Source of the DNA: Octopus sinensis | Taxonomy: Eukaryota | NCBI RefSeq assembly: GCF_006345805.1 | Contig: NC_043001.1 | Coordinates: 86,366,001-86,430,000 of the forward strand | Reading direction: 5' to 3' | DNA length: 64,000 bases | Shown: positions 1-12,215 of the stretch, piece after piece | How the letters are laid out: every line of letters starts with the position of its first letter | Numbering within the stretch: position 1 is the stretch's first letter | Translations under genes and position numbers: made by a program | The notes under the pieces: generated by a model | The model's database searches: none | What the model was told of the DNA's origin: nothing | The model's input: only the letters and a program-made list of their open reading frames with translations

Positions 1-76
1 GGATTCTAAGGGACCTTCACCAAGTAGCTAGAGCGCTACCAGGTGGAGTACATATTCATTATTCTTTAACAAGAAT

Positions 77-198
<122 letters not shown>

Positions 199-350
199 TT
201 GATACTGATACTGACATTGTCAATACCCGTACAGGGATCCTGAAATAGGTTGCATAGAAATTGTGGGGCATAGGATGGTAACATCTTTCTTATAATACTC
301 CTTTTATATTAATATTTTGGAAATAATTACATGTATTAATGTAGCCAGAT

Positions 351-505
351 AGACGTGGCTGTGTAATAATAAGATCACTTCCAAACCACATGGTCCCAGA
401 TTCAGTCTCACAGCATGACAATTTCGGCAAGTGTCATCTACTATAGGCTCGGACCGAACAAAGCCTTGTGAGTAGATTTAGTAGACAGACATTGAAAGAC
501 AGTCG
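351..505 (+). mobile_element. tRNA-derived SINE, 5' part (family X, Octopus OK/OR-like), truncated
   Basis: Matches the head of the full copies at 23798 and 16924 (CCACATGGTYCC..TTCAGTC..AC.GC.TG.CA...GGCAAGTGTC.TCTACTATAG). Confidence 0.7.
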
Positions 506-507
506 TA

Positions 508-1000
508 TGTGTGTATCAGTTATTTCATCAAAATGAATTCAGTGGCTTAGTAAGAGACTTACAATTATCAAAAGAATCTGCAGAAGTGTTTGTGTCTCAA
601 TTAAATGAGAAATCCTTCTTAAAGAAGAAACCAAAATCATCTTTCATCGCACCATGGATGCTGAATTTCTTCCGTTCTTCAAACAAAAACTCGAGTGAGA
701 GTACTGCACAAACAAGGAAGGACTGCTTCAGAGGATGAGTTTAGAGGAATGTGATGCAAGTGAATGGCACCTTTTTATCGATCGTTTTAAAAGAAGTTTG
801 AAATATGTTCTGCTTCTTAATAGGAAAATATTCGCCTATGTTGCAGGTGCTCACTCTACAAAACTGGAAGAGAGCTATGAAGTTGTGAAAGCAGTTCTAG
901 AGTAAATTAAGTTTTTGGACCTTTGTGTCAAAAACTTTCATTTCGGTTCCAAAGTTTTTGATATCAGAGAAAAAGAATTATTGTTGGCCTGTGTAATTCG
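508..1000 (+). mobile_element. Decayed, internally deleted DNA-transposase fragment (widespread invertebrate family, possibly Sola-related)
   Basis: Frames give QNEFSGLVRDLQLSKESAE..LNEK, then EWHLFIDRFKRSLKYVLL...KLEESYE and NYCW. These resemble a common transposase (DLVRDLxLSK / EWRLFIDSSKRSLKAVLLH / DYCW). The superfamily name is uncertain. Confidence 0.6.
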
Positions 1001-1547
1001 TTTAAATTATTCTCTTAATGCAAGTCATGAAAAATTACATTAGGGAAAGTATTGTAATACATGAAGATAAAACAGAAATAGGCAACAATGATTTTGTAAT
1101 ATCTTCAGAGCTTTTCTTAACAGTTTGTTTCTTATACACTTCAAGTGTCATTTCTCACTGTCATTTCTCATACACTTCAAGTGTCATTTCTCAGGAATAC
1201 AGCATAACAAGAGAAGACACCGTTGTATAAAGATGAGCTACATAACATGCAGTAAATAATTTTACGCAGAGCTATTGTATTTATTGTTATGAGGCAGATG
1301 AAATATATTTTAGCATTAACAATGTAGTCTAATTTTAACGATATTTCATTTTGGGTAGATATGGCCACCCAAAACGACTTCAATTCTATTATATCTTGTC
1401 CAGGAATTTAGTGTTAAATCCAAATGGATGCTTTATTCGAAGAATGGTCTAATCCGAAAGTAAAGTTTTCCGTTCACTTTTCATGTAGAATAAGCTTTAA
1501 ATTGTTATAATATTGCGTTAAACTCAAATCGTACTATATTGTTTTAG

Positions 1548-1613
1548 CACCTTCACACAGAGTTCCTCACACAGCTTCAACAGGATATTTACCACCTTTT
1601 CCCCATAGTCCTG
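1548..1613 (+). CDS. ITIH-like gene A, Pro-rich linker exon (xPSHRVPHTASTGYLPPFPHSP)
   Basis: Acceptor tattgttttag, donor gtaaga, 66 nt, phase 1-1; joins the next exon in frame. Confidence 0.55.
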
Positions 1614-2492
1614 GTAAGAAAACATGAACTTCATTTCATTTATGAAATATTTCTGTATTTACTTGCTTTTAAAGATATTAATCTCCAGTTGGTGATTCAA
1701 AAAATTTAGTAACAGATATCAAAGCAATAAGTATCAAAAGGGGTGTATTCTCAAAATTATCAGTAACTTTCATACTGTAATAGCCATGGCTTTGTGGTTA
1801 AGAAGCTCGATTTACAACCACTCTGTTTTGGGTTTAGTCCCACTTCACGGCACCTTGGGCAAATGTCTTATACTATAGCCACAGATCAACCAATGCGATA
1901 TGTTGGAACTTGGTAGGCGGAAATTGTGTGGAAACCTGTGTATATATATATATTATATATATATATATACAATAGGATAAAATCTTTATAAGAATTTATC
2001 AAGTAGTTAGCGTGAAAAACCTCATAAGAGAAAAATCCACCAATTTTTCTCTTAAATATATTTATTTATATTATATAGAGGGCATTACTATGCATAAATG
2101 CCACACGCTAGGAAAGACTCTTAAAGTCAAAACTACCAAAATAAATAAACACATCGTACCGAAAGCGAGGGAATGCAACTCTCGAAGCTAGCCACTTAAA
2201 AACAAAATTCAGCTGCAAAATATTAAAAAGTGCAGAAATGCACTATTTAATCGTCAGTGCACGCATAATTCAAGATTTATAATGAATGAACAAAAATCGA
2301 GATACCAGACGAACAATATATATATAATATATACATGCGTGTGCATTAATGTGTGTATCTGTGTCAGTTTTTTAATTCCTCCCTCTCCCTCCCCATATAC
2401 ACACTTCTTGACAGCTTGTATTTGGTTGTTTACCCCTGAAACATAGTAGTTCGGCAAAACTGACCGATAAAATAAATTCCTGTCTTGAAAAC

Positions 2493-2798
2493 CAACCACA
2501 TGGTTCCGGGTTCATTCCCACTGCGTGGCACCTTGGAAAGTATCTTCTCTATAGCCTCGGACAGACCAAAGCCTGTGAGGGATTTGGTTGACGGAAACTG
2601 AAAGAAGCCCGTCATATATGGCGGTTTTTTTTTGACTATTTATTAAATTTTAGTATTGATTAAGTCTTCCTGTTTGTTTTGCAAAATAGTGGTTTTGTCT
2701 CAATAATATTTTATAATATTTTACTATAAAATTGGATTTAATTCCTAAATCGATAGTTTTTTTTTCCCTGTCATTGGATATATTCCCTAAGATTTATT

Positions 2799-2833
<35 letters not shown>

Positions 2834-3078
2834 GTATGTAGTATGTATGTATGTATGTATGTGTATATGTTTTGGTGTCTGTGTTTGTCCCCCAACATCG
2901 CATGACAACCGACGGTGGTGTTTACCTGCCCGTAACTTAGCGGTTCAGCAAAAGAGATCGCTAGAATAAGTACTAGGCTTCCAAAGAATAAGTCCTGGGG
3001 TCGATTTACTCGACTAAAGGCGGTGCTCCAGCATGGCCGTAGTCAAATGACTGAAACAAGTAAAAGAGTAAAAGAGTA
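2493..3078 (+). mobile_element. SINE family X, with internal AT-rich insertion and TA/TATG tract
   Basis: Head at 2493-2618 and 3' part at 2870-3078 ending in (AAAGAGT)n; matches the copy at 23798-24185. Confidence 0.75.
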
Positions 3079-3811
3079 ATTGGTGAGAATAATATTGTAT
3101 GTGATTTGCGCTCATTTCTTCATGGTAAAGAATTTTTACCACAGGCAATTATGAATAACACAAGAGAAGTTTCATCAATTGCAACTTCGATTTGCCATAC
3201 CAATGATGTCAACGTTGCGTTTTATTAATTGTTTGGTTTGTTTGTAAGACTTTAAGCTAACACTAAGGAAAAGATTCACAAGCGTTACGACTTTCCTAAG
3301 AATAACCTTGATGTAATTTTGCTTAACCTTCATAGTTCAAAACTCTATAACATGCACAACATATGTTACTAATCAAGATACCACAATGTTAGTGTGTAAT
3401 GAGTTTTCATTTAATTCTAGAAAAAACTTGACACCATAAATATTTGATTTGGAGAGAACGTGAAATAATTATTTTTAGAATTGGATCTCGAACTACATAT
3501 AGAGGTATAAATAATAGCATATACATATTGGGTTGTAAAACCTGTTATGTTTTTACATAATCGAATCATCTACATTTATTATTAATCACTTGAGCAACAA
3601 CCAGTAATGAATATAATCGTTCTAAAATTGTTTTACAGAAAACTATAATTTTATTACTTCTGCTGATAATACTTTAAGATTTTACTTGTATTATAATAAT
3701 AATTTGTTTCTTAGATGTGTGTAAGTATGTTTACGTAATGACTCTCGGCATACAGCAAATGCAAAAACATAACATTTCAAAATTCTTTTTTCTGTTTTAC
3801 CTTCTTTCTAG

Positions 3812-3916
3812 GTATCCTAATAAAGCCATTAAACTGTTCGTCAGACTTGTGTTTTACTCATAATATTCAATGCAGAAACCAAATTGAAATCCTTCTTTTG
3901 GCTGATAAACAAGCAG
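3812..3916 (+). CDS. ITIH-like gene A exon, start of ITI-HC C-terminal domain (GILIKPLNCSSDLCFTHNIQCRNQIEILLLADKQA)
   Basis: Acceptor cttctttctag, donor gtacga, 105 nt, phase 1-1. The LCF...I.L..D pattern matches the ITIH C-terminal ICFNI...ILNLVSD. Confidence 0.65.
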
Positions 3917-4545
3917 GTACGAGATTCAAGTTACGTTCAATTTATCCAAAAATAATATTAATATTGATTGCCTTTCATAAAACAAGGGGATATTTTATTC
4001 ATTATAAAAAAATATGCACAACTTGTTTTATTATATTTCAGAATATAACTGAAATTATAGCTTCAAATATGGGTATAATCATTCAAGTGGTAAATTTTGG
4101 GATGATAACTCTTCAGCTGGCAATACTTAGGCTGATAATATTTCAAATGCGAATTGGAGTGAGATTATAACACTAACACATTCCACCATATGGTAGTAAA
4201 GGGAGCTAATTGTTTTCCTTAATCATGATGTCGATCATGGTACGCAATATCTTCTAATTGTTTCCCTCCTGTTGTTATGTGATGGTTCCCCTAAAGATGT
4301 TCAATAGCTTCAATACAAAATACTTTTCGCCCGTTAACTGAAGTGGAGAACTCATGATAACAGGATGACTTGGATAAATTACTCCAGATCGAAGGGAAGT
4401 TTCATGTGGAAATATCAGTGAAAGAGACCCTGCTATATAAGTCCACTAATAGGATCTTTTTTTTGCTCCTTCGAATATTATACATTAGAATTGGCATATT
4501 TCAGTGTTCATTTTTTATTTTAAATTGTACTTAGCTGTCTGATTA

Positions 4546-4618
<73 letters not shown>

Positions 4619-4710
4619 TGTGAGTGTCTGTGTTTGTTTGTGACCGTGTGTGTATCGTTGGTGATTTTCTTTCTCCGTTTTCCCTTCCTTTGACCTTTTC
4701 TTTTTCTATG

Positions 4711-4743
4711 TTTCTGACAAAGCGCTCCACTCGAAACGTTAAA
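4711..4743 (+). ncRNA. Decayed minimal type I hammerhead motif (Penelope-like)
   Basis: TTT-CTGACAA-A-GCGC-TCC-ACTC-GAA-ACGT-T-AAA; palindromic ACGT stem III; G8 lost. Confidence 0.45.
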
Positions 4744-4900
4744 TCTTCCTTTTTTCCTTCCTTTCCTGAGCGTCCAGTAACACTATACTTGTTCTACGTC
4801 CTCGCATGTTGTTTTTTTTCTTTGTTCATGTTTGGATTAAACATAATATATTATATATTATATATATATATATATATAATATTATGCGAGGAGTGAGAGC

Positions 4901-4947
4901 TAGATAGATAGACAGATAGATAGATAGATAGATAGATAGATAGTTAT

Positions 4948-5031
<84 letters not shown>
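4901..5031. repeat. (TAGA)n microsatellite heading a duplicated block
   Basis: Tetranucleotide run followed by a copy of 198-505. Confidence 0.9.
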
Positions 5032-5034
<3 letters not shown>

Positions 5035-5184
5035 TTGATATTGTCATTGTCAATACACATACAGGGATCCTGAAAGAGGTTGCATAGAAATTGGAGACAT
5101 AGGATGGTAACATCCTTCTTATAATATTCCTTCTTTTATATTAATATTTTGGAAATAACTACATGTATTAATGTAGCTAGATAG

Positions 5185-5352
5185 ACGTGGCTGTGTAATA
5201 ATAAGATCGCTTCCAAACCACATGGTTCCATATTCTGTCTCACAGCATGACAATTTCGGCAAGTGTCATCTACTATAGGGTCGGACCGAACAAAGCCTTG
5301 TGAATAGATTTAGTAGACAGAAATTGAAAGACGGGTCATATGTGAGTATGTG

Positions 5353-5422
<70 letters not shown>

Positions 5423-5630
5423 GTTCTATGCATGTGTGTCTTTGTGTTTGTGTTTGTCCTTCACCACTGCTTGACAACCGTTGCTAGTGTGTTGATATCC
5501 CTATAATTTAGCAACTCGGAAGAAGAGGCCGATAGAATAAGTACTACTCCTGGTATACATTTCTTCGACTAAACCACTTCAAGCCGATGCCCCAGTATGG
5601 CCGTGATCAAATGACTGAAGCAAGTAAAAA
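5185..5630 (+). mobile_element. SINE family X
   Basis: Head, GT-rich middle and 3' GGCCG..GTCAAATGACTGAA tail. Confidence 0.75.
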
Positions 5631-5641
5631 AAAGATTTGAA

Positions 5642-5747
<106 letters not shown>

Positions 5748-6659
5748 GATATCTATAATTATTCTACATGAGTTACTTTTGGAAGTTGTTCAATATTGTT
5801 TACATTTTTTCATTTTCCAGCTTGCAATATTATCTACAGGGTTGGGTAAAAATTCATGACTCACTTGTTAGTTATATTTTTAATATCTTAATATTTATTA
5901 ATACGTACATTAAAAAACTAAAATAATACAATAACAATAAAATAAGCATAATAAGAAATATAACTAATAAGTGAGCCATGGAATCTGGCCCACCTTATAT
6001 ATTAATTTTAAACTTACATTTAGCATTGTAATACGGTGGCTGTCATTCTTCTCTTTTGATTTTTTCAAACGTTCAAGAACTTACACAACACAAAGGAATG
6101 CATTTATTTTCCTAAATATATACATTATATCAGATCTAGATATATGATATTCTTTTGACGAATCTTTGTTCTTACCACACCTCTTGAACTTTCTTAGTCC
6201 ATGAGGTATTGGCCAAAGGGACACTGACTTGCATTGAGAAGAAGAACATTCAAAGCAAAGAACTTCATAGTATGTAGCACCTGTTGCTGCACACAACAAG
6301 AAACTTTGGAAGTGTACTACATCAGCAAAGCACTTTATAGAAATGCTTCCTAAGATGGTTTTGTGATCTATAGGCCAAATGGATTGCCTTCTGTCGGACG
6401 TTGCTTGAGTTTCCTTCATGTGAGTTCGCATTTGTGTGATATGCAATTGCTGATATCACCATTCTCAAAGGTATAATCCTTCAGATCCATAGATATCAAG
6501 GAGTTTTTTCTATTAGACTGAATTAATAATTTAGCATTCCACATAGGCTAAGCATCCGAGTACTGCTGTCGTATAACTATTGGGTCGTGGAAATGCACTA
6601 AATACAAATGTTCATCAACTTTTGTAAACAAATTTCAATTACATGAAACAACAGGAAGA

Positions 6660-6740
<81 letters not shown>

Positions 6741-6772
6741 ATTATTATTATCATCATTATTATTACTATTAT
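6660..6772. repeat. (ATT)n microsatellite
   Basis: Trinucleotide run; it explains the poly-Leu ORF. Confidence 0.95.
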
Positions 6773-6929
6773 TAGTGTTCAGGTCACTGCTTGAAATCGA
6801 ACTCGGAATCTTGGGGTTAGTAGCCCGCGCTCTTAACCACTACGCCACGGGCATAGGCGTAGTGGTTAAGAGCGCGGGTTACTAACCCCAAGATTCCGAG
6901 TTCGATTCCAGGCAGTGACTTGAACACTA
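6773..6929. repeat. Palindrome of two head-to-head tRNA-like SINE heads (74-bp arms, 9-nt loop)
   Basis: 6773-6846 is the reverse complement of 6856-6929 with 4 mismatches. Each arm has a box A (GGCGTAGTGG) and a box B (GTTCGATTCC). Confidence 0.9.
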
Positions 6930-7255
6930 GCAGGAAAAGTTGTTCATTTTTATTCATTTAACTAAAACTAAACTGTTTTATAGGCTTGTTTTCGGTGATA
7001 AATGTCACTTCGTGAGGATGATAGAAATTGAGGTTTTATAGTTTTGTACAAACTGTAGCACAATTCTTTTCTACATTCGCTCTAGAAAAGCGGTATTACG
7101 AGCTCTAAGAAAATGGGGTAACCGACGTATTCCAGGATAACAACTTGTTATAGATGTCACTTTGTGTCAAAGCAGTAATAGCTCCAGCAAGTTTGTAAGC
7201 AAATATGTCTGAAATATGTCAGAGTGGGCATTATCCTTGTTCGTGTGATATTTCT

Positions 7256-7676
7256 ATTTCTTTACTACCCAAAATGGACTAAACACAGAGAGGACTAAAC
7301 ACACAAGGACAGACGAACAGATTAAGTCGATTATATCGACCCCAGTGCGTAAATGGTACTTAATTTATCGACCCCGAAATGATGAAAGGCAAAGTCAACC
7401 TCGGTGGAATTTGAACTCAGAACGTAGCGGCAGACGAAATACCTATTTCTTTACTACCCACAAGGGGCTAAACACAGAGGAGACTAACAAGGACTGACAA
7501 ACGGATTAAGTCGATTACATCGACCCCAGTGCGTAACTGGTACTTATTTAATCGACCCCGAAAGAATGAAAGGCAAAGTCGACCTCGGTGGAATTTGAAC
7601 TCAGAACGTAGCGGCAGACGAAATACTGCTAAGCATTTCGCCCGGCGTGCTAACGTTTCTGCCAGCTCGCCGCCTT
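7256..7676 (-). mobile_element. SINE family Y (Meta-domain-like), tandem of one partial and one full unit
   Basis: The reverse strand has a tRNA-like head GGCGGCGAGCTGGCAGAA and a GCCTTTCAT.CTTTCGGGGTCGAT.AAATAAGTACCAG core. Confidence 0.75.
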
Positions 7677-7957
7677 CCTTGTTCGTATGATATTTCATCG
7701 TATAGCTAAATGCTGCAAGTTTCAATCGCCATCATTATATTATTGCATTATTTATCTTTGGACTATCTACATTTTACCTCCTCGTTCACCAACTTGTTTA
7801 TCCTTCACAAAGAGTAAACGTTCAGTTCTGTATATTGATTGACTGTCTGTGAGTAATCTATTCGTTTCATGTATTAGTGAGTAAGACACTTCACTCCTAC
7901 CACTGGATTTCGCCATGGAGATATGTTTGTTCCAGTGTCACATAATTATCAAAAGCA

Positions 7958-8150
7958 CATCTATTATATAAGATCCGTTCTGTCTGTGTGTCTTCTAGGA
8001 TCTCGGGCATCCTCCATCCGATTGCGCTCAAATTTGATATGTAGATACCGACGGTATCAGGGCGTGTATAAGTCTTGCATAAATTACAAAAATCGATTCC
8101 AGGTGAGAATGCGATCGATAAAGCCGTGGAAACGTGCATTTGTAAAATCG
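7958..8150 (+). mobile_element. Possible non-autonomous Helitron/Helentron (DINE-1-like) fragment
   Basis: Starts ATCTATTATATAAGA followed by CTGTCTGTGTGTC and CCGATT...CAAATTTG, typical of such elements; the 3' end was not found. Confidence 0.4.
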
Positions 8151-8487
8151 TTTTTCTTGGAATAGAAAAAAAAATCTTTATTTCTTCTGTTGTTGGTGTT
8201 TCAAATTTAGGTTAAATCAGTGTTTCTCAGAGGGAAGGCCTATGGGAGGGTCGGGCAAGTCGTTTTGAGAAAATTTGGTTTAAATGTTTGACAACTCAGT
8301 ACCGTCCATTGCTCGTAAATAATATTTTCAATTCCGAGATTTCAAATATAATGCAAGTGTTCAAATTCAAAGAAAGAAATATTCTAATCATTCTGAAAAT
8401 GTTTACCATGTTTTATCTAAGGAGTATAAGTACAATAATATAAAATTCAAAATAATTAATTAAATGTAAAATAAATTTATTCCACAG

Positions 8488-8754
8488 ATGTTAATGTTTA
8501 TGGTTACATGAAAAGGGCGTCAAACATTAACTGCTTAGAAACTCTTAACAGAATACGTATAAGGACTTCTGCATATGTAGATGAAATTATTCTTGAGCCA
8601 CAAAGCCCGACTGATGTCCCCAAACTGAAAGTATTCGAAGTGACACCTACATTTTCAATGACAGTATTCCAGTACAAAAGTATGAACGATGAGACATCTT
8701 TATCTGTGCATTTCAATATACTTGGCAAGATTGTTCAAGCGGGAGGAATTTTAG
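8488..8754 (+). CDS. ITIH-like gene A exon, ITI-HC C-terminal domain (DVNVYGYMKRAS...KIVQAGGIL)
   Basis: Acceptor tattccacag, donor gtaagt, 267 nt open frame, phase 1-1. VNVYG resembles VVNG and GGILG resembles HGLLG of ITIH. Confidence 0.75.
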
Positions 8755-8966
8755 GTAAGTAATATATATTTTCTAAAAACGAAATATTATTTTGAAGCAT
8801 TAAGATTAAGACTTAGCTGTGTGGCAAGAAGCTTACTTCGTAATTACTTGGTTCGTGGGGGAGGGGGTCGGAATAGACACAAGATAAAGATATAAAAGTA
8901 CATAACCACCAGGTATTCAACTTATATTTTCATTCATGTTTCCTCTCTATTTGCATCCACATTTAG

Positions 8967-9101
<135 letters not shown>

Positions 9102-9219
9102 TATCTTAAATTAATCGTCAAAAACTTATTAAGAGAATGAGTTTATGTTTAATTAAATCCAAGAACTATTGTCTTGTAAAAATATATTTTGTTGACACGT
9201 TTTTTTTTATTTATTTCAG

Positions 9220-9353
9220 GTGCTTATGTAAACGAATTCCATTGCATTGAAATACCCCCAAATCATATGGTGTTGTCTGGTGAAGCAGGGTTATATCATA
9301 AAGTCAGTTACCATACCGGTAGTGGAAGTTTATCCCATTGTTTTACGATATGA
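9220..9353 (+). CDS. ITIH-like gene A terminal coding exon (GAYVNEFHCIEIPPNHMVLSGEAGLYHKVSYHTGSGSLSHCFTI*)
   Basis: Acceptor tttatttcag, phase 1, open to TGA at 9351-9353; continues GGILG in frame. Confidence 0.7.
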
Positions 9354-9462
9354 GGGAGAAGAACGAAGTTTGATAGTCATATAATGTAAAGTATCAATCT
9401 ATCCGTTTAGGATCGTTATGATACAGAAATATATAAATTTAACTACAGGCCCCAATCATAAT

Positions 9463-9496
<34 letters not shown>

Positions 9497-9538
9497 ATAT
9501 AATATATAAAATGATATGTTACAATTACTCAATAGTCA

Positions 9539-9601
9539 AGATAAAACTCTGAGTTTCAGATGCCGAAGTGGAAATCCACAACACCATCTCTTCGGTTATC
9601 T
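9539..9601 (-). ncRNA. Decayed type I hammerhead motif (Penelope-like)
   Basis: Minus strand: AGATAA-CCGAAGA-GATG..CATC-T-GAA-ACTC-A-GAGT-T-TTATCT; 6-bp stem I, 4-bp stems II and III. Confidence 0.5.
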
Positions 9602-10175
9602 GGCCATCTGAAAAAACGCTATAAAAAATACCGTTATATAAAGGGAAATCACTGTGTTATAATTCTGCTACTTATATAAAATAAAATAAGATTAAAATTT
9701 CATAGTAAACATGTCTAGTCATACGCTCACATGTGCGCTCGCTGACCCACGTGCGTACTTATACGTCACTATGAAAACGTACACATCTTCACTCGCATTT
9801 TTCGCCAAATATATACGCATATATATATACAAACTCATACACACACACATGCGTACCGTAAACGTTCATACATACGTCTATATACGCACAAGCACAAGAA
9901 AAAACATGGTTAAAGATAACAGAAAAAAAAATAAGGAAGTATACAAAGCATAAAAACTACGTTCATATACGGACATGCTCTTATGTGCTCATACACACAC
10001 GCCCATATATGTACATACCCGCACATGTTTATATACGCATACACACACACGCATATACGAAAAATGAATATACATATGCCCCTCCCCCCAAAAAATTTTT
10101 TATATGGTATGCATGTGTGTGTGTATGAGTTTGTATATATATGCGTATATATTTGGCGAAAAATGCGAGTGAAGA

Positions 10176-10253
<78 letters not shown>

Positions 10254-10592
10254 TATGATTGATTTCACCGCGCACGGTGTAATGAAATGAATATTTGCAA
10301 AGTATATGAGTACAGTAAACTTGGTTGATCCTTAATTAAGTGCTAACGCACAAAAGGTGATATCAATTGATACCAAGTTATCTGTTTTTGCTTTGCATTT
10401 TATGCAAAGGTAAGACCTATCTTTATTATATTCGTTACATTCACCGTGCCTTGGAGTGTTGAATCCTACTTCTAGTAGGTTGATATTTCGGTACCCTAAT
10501 TTATTTGTATATTTTGCCTATTTAGGTTAAACTTGCTGACCATTTTATTATTATTGTTATTTTTAATAATGCTAGTAATACTTTGTTAAATC

Positions 10593-10632
<40 letters not shown>

Positions 10633-10647
10633 TATATATATATATCT

Positions 10648-10962
10648 TATATTGTTATATTTCGGAATGGTCATATTGCCAGTTTAGCCAATAAAAAACA
10701 CACGCACTATATATTTGGTGTTACGTTGCTTCAGTGATATTTATTTTTTACATTAATCTTAAGGAGAGACACAAATAAGAAAGAAGAAAACAAAGGACCA
10801 CTGATGCGGTCACAGGAGTGTGACGAAAGAACTTTGGCCGAAATAAGATTAAGATTAATGTAAAAAATAAATATCACTGAAGCAAAGTAACACCAAATAT
10901 ATAGTGCGTGTGTTTTTATTGGCTAAACTGGCAATATGACCATTCCGAAATATAACAATATA
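10648..10962. mobile_element. Fold-back element (about 115-bp inverted arms) in a (TA)n tract, with a central hammerhead motif
   Basis: 10648-10762 is the reverse complement of 10849-10962 with about 2 differences. Confidence 0.85.
10795..10839 (+). ncRNA. Decayed minimal hammerhead motif
   Basis: GGACCA-CTGATGC-G-GTCAC-AGGAGT-GTGAC-GAA-AGAACT-T-TGGCC; perfect 5-bp stem II. Confidence 0.55.
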
Positions 10963-11016
10963 TGTTTCAACACACGACTTCACATAAAAAATCTTGCACA
11001 CAACAAATATTTAAAC

Positions 11017-11058
<42 letters not shown>

Positions 11059-11102
11059 TAGCACTATGACCCGGTGTCATAATGTATATATATTATATTA
11101 TT

Positions 11103-11185
<83 letters not shown>

Positions 11186-11619
11186 ATATTAATTTATATT
11201 ATATATTATATTATATTATATATATTTATATTATATTATATTATATTATATATTATATTATATTATATTATATATTATATTATATTATATTATATTTACA
11301 CTACTGTTGGTTACATATTTAGATATTTTATATGCATATATAGATTTAATGGTTAATATAATAAATTATAGAACTACTCTACACACATTGTTAGTTCATA
11401 TCTTAAGAGAATAATTTAAAATTCTTGCATAAATCTCGAGGACGGAGTACATTTTTCTACGAATTTTTGTTCCCAAACGTATTTAAAGCAGAAGAATATG
11501 AAGTAGCCATTCCTGTTTTCCAACTGTCCAATAAATATCTTTTGAAATTATCATCTAGAGATGTTGTTGTTGCTGTTGTTGTTGATGTTGTTGTTTTCTG
11601 CACTGATCAAGCAGATCAC

Positions 11620-12215
11620 AGGTAATCCGTCCATGACGGATTTTGTTAGCCGCTCTCCAGCCATCTCCAGCCATCTATTTAAAACTGTATACAGCTATGG
11701 TACGATCACACTTGGAATTCGCATCATCAGTTTGGAACCCCTATCTTGCTCAGAACATTGACCTCCTGGAATCTGTCCAGAGACGTGCAACCAAATGCAT
11801 ACCCTCCATCAGACACCTACCATATTCTGAGCGCCTTGTTTCCCTGGGCATGGATTCACTGAAGCTCCGGCGTCTGGCGACGGACTTGGTAAACACCCAC
11901 AAAGTTATCAACCACCTCACCAACAACAACACTGAACACCTTTTTGATCTCCATGTGTCTAACACACGTGGACATGCCTACAAAGTCAGAAACAACACAG
12001 CTCCCATGACTTTCGGAAACATTTTTTTCACGCTCAGAGTTGCTGAAGCATGGAATAAACTGCCTGCGTCAGTTGTTGACTGCCATGACACTGCATCCTT
12101 TAAGGCCCTCATGCTTTCCGAAATCCGCCGAAACTACACCTGATTATATATACACTTTAGATGAGTTGTAGTGCACCTGAGCACTGTACACAATTATTAT
12201 TATTATTATTATTAT
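11620..12215 (+). mobile_element. 5'-truncated CR1/L2-like LINE (RT C-terminus, 3' UTR, (ATT)n tail)
   Basis: LYTAMVRSHLEFASSVWNPY...LESVQRRATK...Y.ERL..L...SL..RR, then a short UTR and ATT repeats at about 12195-12215. Confidence 0.9.

Noticed and set aside
2200-2262. CTGACGA with a hairpin on the minus strand
   Set aside because: No GAAA follows the hairpin; too degenerate to call a hammerhead.
6081-6446. 121-codon minus-strand ORF
   Set aside because: No recognisable motif or convincing splice sites.
6856-6920. tRNA-like sequence
   Set aside because: It lacks a complete acceptor stem; it is a SINE head, as are the other tRNA-like segments.
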